64,000 bases of DNA. Origin: Macrostomum hystrix. Lineage: Eukaryota > Animalia > Platyhelminthes. Position 1 is the first letter of the stretch. Each line of letters starts with the position of its first letter. Under the pieces are notes generated by a model. The model saw nothing but the letters and a program-made list of their open reading frames with translations, searched no databases and was not told the origin of the DNA. The stretch spans positions 19,778,001-19,842,000 of the forward strand of contig CATNEN010000001.1 of assembly GCA_950097015.1 (NCBI GenBank), given 5' to 3'. Shown piece after piece: positions 13,030-26,509 of the stretch. A program made the position numbers and the translations under genes.

Positions 13030-14710
13030 TTTTGACCCCCTGAATATTATTGGGTGGAGGGTTTCAGATTCCCTGAATATTATCAGGATGTAGGGTTTCA
13101 GAGTCCTTGAATATTATCAGGGCGGAGGGTTGCACAGTCCCTGAATATTATTGGGTAGAGGGTTTCAGATTCCCTGTATATTATCAGGGTAGAAGGTTTC
13201 AGATTCCCTGAATATTATCAGGGTGGAGGGTTTCAGATTCCCTGAATATTATCAGGGTGGAGGGTTTCAGATTCCCTGAATATTATCAGGGTGGAGGGTT
13301 TCAGATTCCCTGAATATTATCAGGGTGGAGGGTTTCAGATTCCCTGAATATTATCAGGGTGGAGGGTTTCAGATTCCCTGAATATTATCAGGGTGGAGGG
13401 TTTCAGATTCCCTGAATATTATCAGGGTAGAGGGTTTCAGATTCCCTGAATATTATCAGGGTGGAGGGTTTCAGATTCCCTGAATATTATCAGGGTAGAA
13501 GGTTTCAGATTCCCTGAATATTATCAGGGTGGAGGGTTTCAGATTCCCTGAATATTATCAGGGTAGAAGGTTTCAGATTCCCTGAATATTATCAGGGTGG
13601 AGGGTTTCAGATTCCCTGAATATTATCAGGGTAGAGGGTTTCAGATTCCCTGAATATTATCAGGGTAGAGGGTTTGAGATTCCCTGAATATTATCAGGGT
13701 AGAGGGTTTCAGATTCCCTGAATATTATCAGGGTAGAGGGTTTCAGATTCCCTGAATATTATCAGGGTAGAGGGTTTGAGATTCCCTGAATATTATCAGG
13801 GTAGAGGGTTTCAGATTCCCTGAATATTATCAGGGTAGAGAGTTTCAGATTCCCTGAATATTATCAGGGTGGAGGGTTTGAGATTCCCTGAATATTATCA
13901 GGGTGGAGGGTTTCAGAGTCCCTGAATATTATCAGGGTGGAGGGTTTCAGAGTCCCTGAATATTATCATGGCGGAGGGTTTCAGATTCCCTGAATATTAT
14001 CAGGGTAGAGGGTTTGAGATTCCCTGAATATTATCAGGGTAGAGGGTTTCAGAGTCCCTGAATATTATCATGGCGGAGGGTTTCAGAGTCCCTGAATATT
14101 ATCAGGGTAGAGGGTTTGAGATTCCCTGAATATTATCAGGGTAGAGGGTTTCAGATTCCCTGAATATTATCAGGGTAGAGGGTTTGAGATTCCCTGAATA
14201 TTATCAGGGTAGAGGGTTTCAGATTCCCTGAATATTATCAGGGTAGAGGGTTTCAGATTCCCTGAATATTATCAGGGTAGAGGGTTTGAGATTCCCTGAA
14301 TATTATCAGGGTAGAGGGTTTCAGATTCCCTGAATATTATCAGGGTAGAGAGTTTCAGATTCCCTGAATATTATCAGGGTGGAGGGTTTGAGATTCCCTG
14401 AATATTATCAGGGTGGAGGGTTTCAGAGTCCCTGAATATTATCAGGGTGGAGGGTTTCAGAGTCCCTGAATATTATCATGGCGGAGGGTTTCAGATTCCC
14501 TGAATATTATCAGGGTAGAGGGTTTGAGATTCCCTGAATATTATCAGGGTGGAGGGTTTCAGAGTCCCTGAATATTATCATGGCGGAGGGTTTCAGAGTC
14601 CCTGAATATTATCAGGGTGGAGGGTTTCAGATTCCCTGAATATTATCATGGCGGAGGGTTTCAGAGTCCCTGAATATTATCATGGCGGAGGGTTTCAGAG
14701 TCCCTGAATA
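13030..14710. repeat. 34-bp tandem array (~49 copies) with internal hairpin
   Basis: GATTCCCTGAATATTATCAGGGTGGAGGGTTTCA; CCCTGA/TCAGGG stem; no spacers. Confidence 0.95.
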
Positions 14711-14996
14711 GTTTCAACTAGAGACAGTTTAAATCACCTTGAATAGATTTGGTAAAGAATAGTCTTAAATAACAGCTTCCTAGCTCTAAAAAACTAATTT
14801 ATAGATTACAGAAAGAGATCAGGCTGCGGTGCCAGTACTAACAGGGGACGATAAACACAATGGATAGTAAAACAAGCAACAATGATCGTAACTAAAAAAG
14901 CAAATAAAGAAAGCATTGAATTAGAAATTCTACTAGCATCCGAGGCCACCTCAAACCCAGTCGAGTTAATGCGAATACCGCCAAGGGATAACCGGC

Positions 14997-17900
14997 TCAG
15001 CGGCACTCCCACACCTTCACCGTCTGGTCAACGCACCCGCTGGCCATGTAGGGCGATTTCCTGTGAAAATCGATTGTGGTCACAAAGTGAGTGTGCGCGT
15101 CCAGAGTTTTGGTGTTGCGCTTGTTGGCCAGATCCCACACTCGGATGGTCTTGTCGTCAGAGCAGGACACTAGATACTTGCCGCCAGGGTGGAACAGGAC
15201 CGACCGGACCCAGTTGTCGTGCCCGATCAGTGTGAATAGGCACAGCTGGGCGCTGGTGTCCCAGCACTTGATTACTCGATCCCTGCGAAATTGAGGGGTG
15301 AATTGTGATTTTGTGACTGAGGATTGGGATTTTATGACTAAGGATTGGGATCATGTTACTAAGGATTGGGATTTTGTGACTAAGGAATGGGATTTTGTGA
15401 CTAATTATTGGGATTTTGTGACTAAGGATTTGGATTTGTGACTAATGATTGGGATTTTGTGACTAATGATTGAGATTTTGTGGCTGAGGATTAGGATTTT
15501 GTGACTGAGGATTGGGATTTTGTGACTAATGATTGGGATTTTGTGGCTGAGGATTAGGATTTTGTGACTGAGGATTGGGATTTTGTGACTAATGATTGGG
15601 ATTTTGTGGCTGAGGATTGGGATTTTGTGACTGAGGATTGGGATTTTGTGACTGAGGATTGGGATTTTGTGACTGAGGATTGGGATTTTGTGACTAAGGA
15701 TTGGGATTTTGTGATTGAGGATTGAGATTTTGTGACTAATGATTGGGATTTTGTGACTGAGGATTGGGATTTTGTGACTAATGATTGGGATTTTGTGGCT
15801 GAGGATTGGGATTTTGTGACTGAGGATTGGGATTTTGTGACTGAGGATTGGGATTTTGTGACTAATGATTGGGATTTTGTGACTGAGGATTGGGATTTTG
15901 TGACTAAGGATTTGGATTTGTGACTAATGATTGGGATTTTGTGACTGAGGATTGGGATTTTGTGACTGAGGATTGGGATTTTGGAGACTAGGGATTGGGA
16001 TTTTGTGACTAATGATTGGGATTTTGTGACTGAGGATTGGGATTTTGTGACTGAGGATTGGGATTTTGGAGACTAGGGATTGGCGGTTTGTGAGCGAGGA
16101 TTTTGTATTGTGTGAAAACGGGCTTGGGATTTTGGGACAAAGGATTCGGATTTCTCGAATTGGGAATGGGGACTGTTTATAAAGGTTAAGGAGAATTTAT
16201 GACTAACGATCAGGACGTTCTGACAGACAGTAAGATCGAGATGTAATGACATGGTAATTGTGATCAAGTAAAAAGCAAACATCACTAAAGACAACCGACC
16301 TGCCGGCGCTGACAAGATACGGTCCGGGCCGTCTGTTAGCATCGCCACCTGCCGCCTGACAGACAGCCTCCTTGGCATTGTCGGGTGCCCAGGCCACTGC
16401 TTCCACAACGTTCTCGTGCTCGCGCAGGTCGGCCTTGCACTCCTTGGTGGCCACCAGCCACACCCTTACAGAGTGATCGTTGGAGCAGGACGCGATCAGG
16501 GTGCCATCGGGCGAGACACGGACCATCCGGACCCACTGCTGGTGTCCTGCCAGGGTCTTCACGCAGTAGCCGGTGGACACCTCCCACACCTGCATGGGGT
16601 GGACGGAATTACGCTTATTTACATAGTTTGAATTATTCTTGAGACTTTGGGATCAATCTGGAGACTTTGGGATCATTCTTGAGACTTTGGGGTCATTCTT
16701 AAGACTTTAGGATCATTCTGAAGACTTTGGGATCATTCTTAAGACTTTAGGATCATTCTGGAGACTTTGGGATCATTCTGAAGACTTTAGGATCATTCTT
16801 GAGACTTTGGGATCATTCTTGAGACTTTGGGATCATTCTGAAGACTTTAGGATCATTCTTGAGACTTTGGGATCATTCTGAAGACTTTAGGATCATTCTT
16901 GAGACTTTGGGATCATTCTGAAGACTTTAGGATCATTATTAAGACTTTGGGATCATTCTGAAGACTTTAGGATCATTCTTGAGACTTTGGGATCATTCTT
17001 GAGACTTTGGGATCATTCTGAAGACTTTAGGATCATTCTTGAGACTTTGGGATCATTCTGAAGACTTTAGGATCATTCTTGAGACTTTGGGATCATTCTG
17101 AAGACTTTAGGATCATTATTAAGACTTTGGGATCATTCTGAAGACTTTAGGATCATTCTTGAGACTTTGGGATCATTCTTGAGTCTTTGGAATCATTCTG
17201 AAGACTTTGGGATCGTACTGAAGACTTTGGGATCATTCTTGAGACTTTGGGATCATTCTGAAGACTTTGGGATCATTCTGAAGGCTTTGGGATCATTCTT
17301 GAGACTTTGGGATCATTCTTGAGACTTTGGGGTCATTCTTGAGTCTTTGGGATCATTCTTGAGACTTTGGGATCATTCTTGAGACTTTGGGATCATTCTG
17401 AAGACTTTGGGATCATTCTTAAGACTTTGGGATCAATATGGAGACTTTAGGATCATTCTGAAGACTTCGGGATCATTCTGAAGACTTCGGGATCATTCTG
17501 AAGATCGCTCACCTTGATAAGCTGGTCGCGGCCGGCGGAGACCAGAAAGTCACCAGACGGAGTGAAATGAACAGACGAAACATTGTGATCGTGGCCAGAT
17601 AAAGTCTTCAAGCATTCGTAGGTTGAAAAATCCCACAGCTTGACCTGCAGATCGTGCGAGCAGGAGGCTAAGAGCTTGCCAGCTGTATCGAATGCCAGAT
17701 CCTGCACAGAGTTGGTGTGACCCTTCATAGTGCGCTCAAACTCCCCGGACTCATAGTCCCACACCTTGATGGTGGCGTCTTCGCTGGCTGACACCATCTG
17801 GGCGTAGACTGGGTGGAATTTGACGCAGGTCACGGGACCCCGGTGACCCTGGAACTCGTGCTTGGCAGGCGGCCTGGGAATCCATTCGGTTGGCGAGCGC

Positions 17901-18157
17901 TTGTCTCTGGACGGAGCGCCAACGTTGATCTCGCTCTCGGCGTCCGATAATTTCTTCTCTAAATCGTGCACTTTCTTCTGCAGGCGAATCACCGAGGTCC
18001 ATTTCTTCTGGAGCAGATCTTCGTACTTCTTATCGATTTCGCCTTGAAGATCGGATTCTTCTTTAAACTGCTCAAATGTCTTTGAGTAGCCTTGAGATTT
18101 GAGATAGTCGGCTATGGCTTTGTTGAGTTCCTCGCGCTGTCTCTGTGACAATACCAT
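14997..18157 (-). CDS. PAFAH1B1: Lissencephaly-1 homolog (LisH + coiled coil + WD40 dynein regulator), 406 aa; exons 18157-17513, 16589-16300, 15282-14997
   Basis: N-terminus [39 protein letters not shown] and C-terminus [11 protein letters not shown] are diagnostic LIS1 sequences. Both introns are GT-AG with compatible phases (0 and 2); total 1221 nt. Confidence 0.96.
15305..16085. repeat. 21-bp minisatellite filling LIS1 intron 2
   Basis: GATTGGGATTTTGTGACTGAG tandem. Confidence 0.95.
16633..17504. repeat. 20-bp minisatellite filling LIS1 intron 1
   Basis: GAGACTTTGGGATCATTCTT tandem. Confidence 0.95.
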
Positions 18158-19997
18158 GATGCTGTTGGCTGGCCTGCCTGAAGCTGCAGATCAAGTTGAT
18201 CATGTTTTATCATTTGTACATCACATTGTCACATTTCTATGTCTTAGGTCACGAGCCCGAATTTTAGCTGGTGTAATTAAGGCAATGCTATTATTGATCT
18301 ATTCAGATTAAATTGCTTACATAACAATATCTCCTTGAACTTAAATACAATTGCAGTGCCATTTTACTTGAAATGTCTTATTTTGCTAACCAGGCCTTTT
18401 AAAAGCTCTAAAGTTTGTGCCTTCACTTAAAATTGATCAAATGGCTTGCACCATTGTGAATTAGCTGTACATTGAGATTTTGTTTTGTTTTTTGAGGAAA
18501 TAATATTAAATATTATTTTTAATAGGAAACTAATTCGTAGAGCAAACCTCATTAATACAAATAATTAGTAATTTAATTTTGCTAGCAATATAGGCTAAGC
18601 CACACAAATTCTAAATATACATCTGCATACCATTTATATATCTAACCCACAATAAGGATTCTGTCATGTTTGCTAAACATTTTTAGAACACATTCTTGAC
18701 AGTAGGCATACACTTTCAACGCATTTCTCATTCAACTATCAGTCGATTTTAGCAAAATAAAACAAAACAATTTTCTTTCAATCCTATTTAGAAGTTTTTC
18801 TAAAACTAAAAGAATGTTGTTTTAGTTGTTTGGCAAAAATTTTGTTATGTTAGGTCAAAACTGATCAAGAATTTTATGTATCATCAAGCCAAACATGGAA
18901 TCTCAAGTCAGTTTTTTTACTACAAAAGTAAGACAATAGAAAAAGACAGCAAAGGAAGTTCATAAAATTTTAAGGAAAAAATAATAGGAAATTAAAAAAA
19001 ATTATTGCCTCTTTTTCTAACGAATGCTCAAACTGTTATTCCAAAGTGGCAGTATTTAATCTTAAACAGAAAAGACTGTACTTACAAATTGTACATCATT
19101 TAATTTTGTATAAAGTTTCAAAATAATTGTGTTATGTTTTACTTTGGGCTATCATTCTGGCCAAAACTTTTTAAATATCCTATTAAACAGTTTTGAATAG
19201 TTTTCTAGCCTGTATTTGACTTAAAAAATGCTATACATTTACTAATAGCAGATAAACTTATTTTTTGTAAAAACCTAATAAAAATGTATACTAATTTGGG
19301 TATAATATTATGGTGAAAATTTGACAAAATTTGGTTGAGCCATTTGGGTGATAGTCTATTGCAAACAAACTTGCAAGCAAGCTCAAGATTTGTTATTTTA
19401 GTTTATTTGATGATCAACACAATCATATTCACAACTCATAAGACAACTATTTTTGTTACTTAATTATTGTTTCATCTAATTATTTTCTATTCAGGTAAGG
19501 AAGACACAAATTGTAATACTAGAGTTTAATTATTTTATAGTAATGTTATCTATTATTGATAAAAAGTTCTTTTACTGTGTTACTAATTAGGACTATTTGT
19601 ACAATTCAGGACTATTGGATAGCAAGGTAATTTAAAAAGTGTCACATTAAAAAGTTAGGTGATTTAGGCCTAACAAAAGATCTACACAATACACATGTGC
19701 AAAAAGACAGTGACAAAAATAGAGTATATATTTTTCAACTATATTAATTTATATTTGCTACTAGCTTTTTTTGCCCGTTGTTTTTGGGGCAGAAATTTAA
19801 AGCAAAGCAGTAAGCAATTCACGTCTCTGTATTAACTTTATAGTGAAGGTCACCATTTATTTATTTACTGCATTAATGAAAAGTGAAGAGTTTGTTTAAG
19901 GGCGTTTTAAGTAAAAAATAAGTGAAAAGTTTGTCCAAACAGCCCCCTCTTGATTACTTCTTTAGAAACATGTCTCTTAGCCACTCCTCTATACAGT

Positions 19998-20271
19998 CAG
20001 TGGCAGATCCAGGAATTTTGTTTTGGGGCGGTCTGTCAGGGGAGCGCCATGAGAATCACAGAGGGGGTGCCAGCGGCCGAAAAAGGGCGCCAGGAACCAA
20101 GAAAGGGCGCCAGCGGCTGAAAAACGGGAGCCAGCGGCTGAAAAAGGGGCGCCAGCGGCCGAAAAGGGGCGCCAGTGCTGCGACTGGCGCCCCTGGTGGG
20201 GGCATCTTATTCCCATGATTAAAATTTAGGGGGGGCGACTGCCCCCCCGCCCCCCCCTAAATCTGCCTCTG
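19998..20271. mobile_element. hAT-type MITE (274 bp) nested in the Helitron
   Basis: Imperfect TIRs CAGTGGCAGATCCAGG / CCTAAATCTGCCTCTG; perfect 8-bp TSD TATACAGT at 19990-19997 and 20272-20279; internal GC-rich 21-bp subrepeats. Confidence 0.85.
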
Positions 20272-20423
20272 TATACAGTATGCATGTACACGCATAGACA
20301 TAAGGAAAATAGCCATGACATAACAATAACAATGTCAAAGAAACAAAATTAAACTGTTTCAGAGTTCAGAGTTAGACAGGTCAAGGTCAATTCGTGACTA
20401 CTTTTCTATTAATTGCTTGCGAG

Positions 20424-21065
20424 TCACCTCAAGGCCTGGGGATACACCACATTCTTCGTTCTTCCCCTTGGTGCGAAAATGAATAGGCCAGCTGGAGTTC
20501 CAACACGGGAGCAGGCGACATAAAGCTGCCCATGCGAGAAGCACGGAGTCTCCAGGTTGATGCCAGCCACCTTCAGCGACTGTCCCTGAGCCTTGTTAAT
20601 AGTCATCGCAAAGCACACTCTCACAGGGAACTGCAGTCGCTTGAACTGAAATGGCAGGTCCGTGGGGATAATTGGAATCCGGGGAACGAACACAGACTCT
20701 CCTCTGCCAGATCCAGTCATTATCGTGGCCTCAATCACGTGTGGGAAGAGCCGCCTGACTATCAGTCTGGTGCCGTTACACAGCCTTGGCGCATTCAGGT
20801 TGCGGAGGAGCATAATTGGTGCCCCAACTTTCAGCTGCAAGTTGTGCGATGGAGTTCCAGGAGGATCTAGAGAGTTCAGAAACTCAACAGGATACTCCAC
20901 AGCGGTGTCATCAGTCAACGTTGTATCAATTGACTTGTAGGTTAAAACTGCACCTGGCAACTCCTGAAGCAGTTGGTAGTTAATTTCGTTGGCGGCATCA
21001 TTTCTAGGACACAGAATTGCCCTCTCTGACAGCCAGTCAACGTCAGCATATCGAGAGAAATAGGC
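20424..21065 (-). pseudogene. C-terminal fragment of Helitron RepHel PIF1-family (SF1) helicase
   Basis: WLSERAILCPRN, YPVEFLNSL, LKVGAPIMLLRNL, LCNGTRL, FKRLQFPVRVCFAMTINKAQGQSL, FSHGQLYVACSRV, TKNVVY. The Rep domain and helicase motifs I-III are absent. Confidence 0.9.
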
Positions 21066-24000
21066 TGGCTGGAGAGAAATATCAACCGGAGAGCCCTGCG
21101 CACTGGGACGCCACCGCACTCACCGCACTCAGTCTCAGTGCTGCTTGGGGGCCAGTAGACAGTCTAGGGGTTTGGGCTGTGTACATTCACGGCTTGAAAT
21201 ACAATGTACAGTCTGGGGCTTCGGCGCCCGGGGAAGGGAGGGGGTGGCTGTAATAAAATTTGGCCCGCAGAGTGGCGGAGGGGAGTTGGGGTGGCTGTCC
21301 TCGGAAAACAAAAAGTGACTCACTTTGAGATGATGCAGCTTTGCTCTGGATTGAGTAGAGATGTTCAAAATTGACAGCATTGTTGGAAAACATGTAAAGT
21401 GTAAGTGGATCAAATTTGGAGAAAATCTGACAAAGTGGGGCGACGATATGTCGAATTGAGTGATTTTTTGACGATTTTTGAGCAGTTTTTTGCACTTTTG
21501 AGCAGGAAGGAAATGATTTTTCGGGAATTTGAGTAGCCTATTGCACTCAGCGTAGGTGGTTTTAGGTATGTGCAAAGTTTGGTGCGATTTGGTTGAGCGG
21601 TTTCGGCGTCTATAAAGACAAAAGGTTGCACACACACACACACACACACACACAGACAGACAGACAGACAGAGTTTTCACTTTTATATATATAGATATAA
21701 AAGTTACATATGTATGACCTAGGCCTAGCAGGTTTTACAGAGTCAGTTTTAAAAGTAATTGTCTTTCTCATAGAGACAGACAGACCATACACCAACTTTG
21801 TCATACAAAAATTCTAGTCATAGTCAAAGAAATTTTCTGTAATTATGTATCTATTAATCATGTAAACAGTCAATATTAAATGTTATGATATCTGATAAAA
21901 AATAATAACAATAAAATACATTAGTTTGGTACCTTTGTACTTAGTTTTCTTGTAAATCGTGTGCTAAGCGAATCTAGTATAATGTTACATAAAATAGTCA
22001 AGTGTCTCGCGATGTAAGCCCCATGACGATATGCAGTTACGTTTAACATAACTTGAATATCAGTGACTTTGGCTTAGGAAACTTCCACTTTTAAAGTAAA
22101 ATATATTTAAAACAACAGATCAGTTAACCAATACTGAGCGAAAGGTATACTTAATGAAGACGAACTAATTTTTAATAGATTATATTCCAAGACAAGTAAA
22201 TAGAATTTAAATTGATTAAAGAAAATTCATGACTAAATGAAGCCTTTCGCAGGAGTAATCGCAGCTGAAAAAAACATACTATCCACTTAAATACAGCTTT
22301 TAATTAACAATAAAATTAAAATTATGTTTTACTTTGAAAAGCCCGGAAAATGCGTTTGTAAAATGCAATTGAAATAAATGTTGATCAAAACAGAGACTTC
22401 ATCTTATTATTCAGGGACTGTACTTACTCTTACTTGCTCTATTAATTTCCAAACCAGTTTTTCCTAAAAAGTGAGTCATCTGTGCGCAATAGTTCCATAT
22501 AATGAATAAGGTACAAAGGTACCAAAGACTCAATGGTTGAAATTTTGTCAGTTACGTAATATCGTAATTGAAACTACGTCGGGCGTAGGACGATTATAAT
22601 TATAACATTATATTTTTGTAATTATAAAATATGTAAATTATAAGATCGAAAACCAATTGCGAACAACATGGAACAGCCAGTTGTGAAACCGAAATGGGTA
22701 TTAATTTCGAGAATCGGTTTCGCCCAGTATACATTGCTTAATTAGACGATTCTTATTTGACTTACAACCTAGAAGTTTACTTCTACAAATTACTGAAATA
22801 ATTACCACACATGGACATTCTCGGAATGCTCTATTTCAAATTGAAGCAGCTCTTTCAATTCGCAGAACTTTTAGTTGAACGTCTAAAGAAACAAAATTAG
22901 GCTAGAATTTGTTTAAAAAAATATGTTTAATTGTTTACTGCCAAGCTGGTTATAAACTAATTGTGTGTAGGACTAAGCGAATTAACATTTGATACTCTCG
23001 CTGAATTGATTTCGACAATGCTTTCACAAGCAGTGTATTGCAAATAATTTATCATTTCTCTAATATAAATCTTGTTTATAATAAACAAACTATAACCAAG
23101 CATACATTTATCGGAGTGTCGTCTAGAATGTAGCTTCATTACCAGCTGTGTGTTACCTTTAGTATATTTTTAACAAAGCTGACCCCAAAACACCTACATT
23201 CAGCCATAGCAATGCCCAGCTTTTTCTCTAATCTGTTTTTTCAATTTACGGCTCTCAAATTGCCAACTAAAATCGCCACCGTAATAACCGAGTCTATGCT
23301 CACACGCAGCAAAGCGGTTATATATACTTATCTCTAGCCCCAGCCCTAATATGTTTGTGCAATCTGGCTGTTTGTTTAAGCACAGGTTCCAAGGACTGTC
23401 GTAGACAAAAAAACTTGGCATTCGAAAAACTAAAAGTTGGATATATACGAGCGTATATATATATAGAGAGAGAGAGAATTGCGGGACTAAGAAAAACAAA
23501 TTAATGATAAGAGGGCAATTTGACAACTGCAAGAGAATGAAATGGCCAATAGAAGACAATTTGAGATAGCCATTTTGACACGACTGCTATAGTGGTTTGA
23601 GATTTCCAATGCTAAATGAAATTCTGTATGTACACACGCACACACTCTCACACACACTCTCACAGTTCGGGCGCACGAATCGACAGTGGAACAATGAATA
23701 CTGGTCAGCTAGTTCTCTGTCTGTAACTTCTACCCGCATTCTCGCCTGCATTTGCTGATGTAAAAAAAGACTTAATCGCTTTTTCGGTTCCATTCCGTCG
23801 CTTGTCTTTCTTCTTTCTTGTTCGTGCCAGCTTTTTTTTCTTCTCTCTCAAATTAAACTTCTGAACGGTGGGGCAGTCCGCTGGTTAACCCGGTGTGCAC
23901 TTTGAGCTGCGACTACAACGCTAAAGACAGAGATAGATAGAAGAGAATAGGGACAGTGGAGTAAAGCTGAGAGGTTTATCGCGCATTGCTTGTAAGTTAG

Positions 24001-24319
24001 AAGAAGCAGCTAAGGTAACTCCGATAAAAAGAACAGAAAGCCGGTGGATAACTGAGAAAATACTTTCGCAAACCAAAGTTCCAGTGTTCAGGCCAGCTGG
24101 TCAGTGGGATGGAGCTGTATCGAACTAGGCGCGATTTTAATAGCATTCGGGTCGCCTACAGAGACAAGCGAAACCGATTGGGTGAGTAACTTCACTTGAG
24201 CACCACTGCTTATAGCCAATGGTGCTGTAGCGCTGGCCCAGAGTTCAAGTCTCAGATTTGTTTTGGAATTCGCTTTTAGTCAGATTGGCACCAGAAAGAC
24301 ACTAGAACGGAAGGCAAGA

Positions 24320-25112
24320 GAGAGATGACACAGGGGAGAGATGACACAGGGGAGAGATGAGACAGGGGAGAGATAAGACAGCGAAGAGATGAGACAGGGG
24401 AGAGATGAGGCACGGGAGAGATGAGACAGGGAAGAGATGAGACAGGGGAGAGATGAGACAGGGGAGAGATGAGGCACGGGAGAGATGAGACAGTGGAGAG
24501 ATGAGACAGCTAGGGAAGAGATGAGACAGGGAAGAGATGAGACAGGGGAGAAATGAGACAGCGGAGATTGAGACGGGGAGAGATGAGACAGGTGAGAGAT
24601 GAGACAGGGAAGAGATGAGACAGGGGAGAGATGAGACAGGGGAGAGATGAGACAGGGGAGAGATGAGACAGGGAAGAGATGAGACAGGGGAGAGATGAGA
24701 CAGGGGAGAGATGAGACAGGGGAGAGATGAGACAGGGGAGAGATGAGACAGGGAAGAGATGAGACAGGGGAGAGATGAGACAGGGAAGAGATGAGACAGG
24801 GGAGAGATGAGACAGGGAAGAGATGAGACATGGGAGAGATGAGACAGGGGAGAGATGAGACAGGGAAGAGATGAGACAGGGGAGAGATGAGACAGGTGAG
24901 AGATGAGACAGGTGAGAGATGAGACAGGTGAGAGATGAGACAGGTGAGAGATGAGACAGGGGAGAGATGAGACAGGGAAGAGATGAGACAGGGGAGAGAT
25001 GAGACAGGGGAGAGATGAGACAGGGAAGAGATGAGACAGGGGAGAGATGAGACAGGTGAGAGATGAGACAGGTGAGAGATGAGACAGGGAAGAGATGAGA
25101 CAGGGGAGACAG
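24320..25112. repeat. 16-bp minisatellite (GAGATGAGACAGGGGA)
   Basis: Direct tandem. Confidence 0.92.
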
Positions 25113-25484
25113 CAGACAGGAAAGGCGTGAGAGTGGTTCAGGAGGGCCATTGGGCAGGTATCACCAGTTTGCAAGCCGTATCTGAGGGTCACTGCCGACC
25201 CCTGCATGGTCCAGCACTTCTGACGGTTGAACTAAAAGAACTCTGCCAAAACGCCACCACCTGCAGGTGAGGCGGTCAGCCTAGGCGGCAGCGCCCACAG
25301 AGTCCAGGCAGCGGGGGCGTCGGCTGATCAGCCGATTAACAGCAATGGGGTGTTCAGCCTGCCGCAGACTGACGTGAGTTGACTAGTCGTGATCTGTGAA
25401 CCGTGAACTTAAGATTAGAGATCGGGAACACGGCACATGTTAGAGAAGAAAGTGATGAGATGGAAGAGAGAGATGGGATATATG

Positions 25485-25645
25485 GGAGAGATAACAGACC
25501 GTAGATAGATAACAGACGGGAGAGATAACAGACGGGAGAGATAACAGACGGGAGAGATAACAGACGGGAGAGATAACAGACGGGAGAGATAACAGACGGG
25601 AGAGATAACAGACGGGAGAGATAACAGACGGGAAAGAGATAGGAG
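25485..25645. repeat. 16-bp minisatellite (GAGATAACAGACGGGA)
   Basis: Direct tandem. Confidence 0.9.
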
Positions 25646-26509
25646 ACGGTAGTTATACAGAAAGAAGAGATAAGAGATGGGATTGAGATGAGACATGGAG
25701 AGATGAGTGATAGAGTCACAGACAAGTGAGATTAGGTTTCACAATAGCTATAGAATCCATTGTTGGTCAAACACTCGACTGTAAATTCATAATGAAAATT
25801 GAATCATGGACTGAGGAGATATTCCTTAACGCCTTTCAATCATTCTACGAAATCACTAAAGTACGCGCGCTAAAGTATTTTCATATACAAATCAATATAT
25901 CAATATTGTCTGTTAAAATGAAGCCCCGCTTAGGTTTGATAAGATTTCGATATAAAAAATGCAGCAAATCACTCAGTCAATACGCATTGCAGTTGGGGTG
26001 GTGATTTGAGTTGTACTCTAAAGTGCGGATTTTCAACACGCGCATTAGTGCGTCAAAGCTACTTCACTAACTAGACACGGATTTCTAGTTTTGATCCGAT
26101 AAGTTGTGTGATTGGCTATTGGAAGTTACTAACACTTAACTTTCAGCTCTTACCAAATGCCTACAATGTGTTGCCAGTGAGATACTGGCCCCCATGGTTA
26201 CTTCAACAGTTTTTTACCTCTAGCACACACACACAGAGAGAGAATTCAACTTGGTGAAATAACTCAAAACTCTAAAACTCTAGAAAACGAGTACAGGAGC
26301 CGTTCAGAACAGAAATTTTGGCAGCTGATCGTAGTTTGTAAGTAAGAAAAAGTTTTTTCTTTTGAGGAGAATACAATCCTAGAAGCAAATAAATAATTGG
26401 TGAGTTAACATCGTTTAATTAGTTTTCATTTGAATAAATGCGATTTATTCACCGACAGTAGACAAATGCAACGACGAAAATTTACTCGCAAAATTTTTGT
26501 TGTGCCTTT

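Larger units (their letters stand above)
19761..21695 (-). mobile_element. Non-autonomous (internally deleted) Helitron with intact termini
   Basis: On the minus strand: 5' A|TCTATATATATAAAAG followed by (TCTG)n(TG)n; 3' hairpin GCCC-N-GGGC then CTAG|T at 19761. Inserted at an AT dinucleotide without TSD. Carries a helicase fragment. Confidence 0.88.

Noticed and set aside
13030-14710. CRISPR array (34-bp palindromic unit containing GTTTCA)
   Set aside because: Units are contiguous with no unique spacers, there are no cas genes, and the context is eukaryotic.
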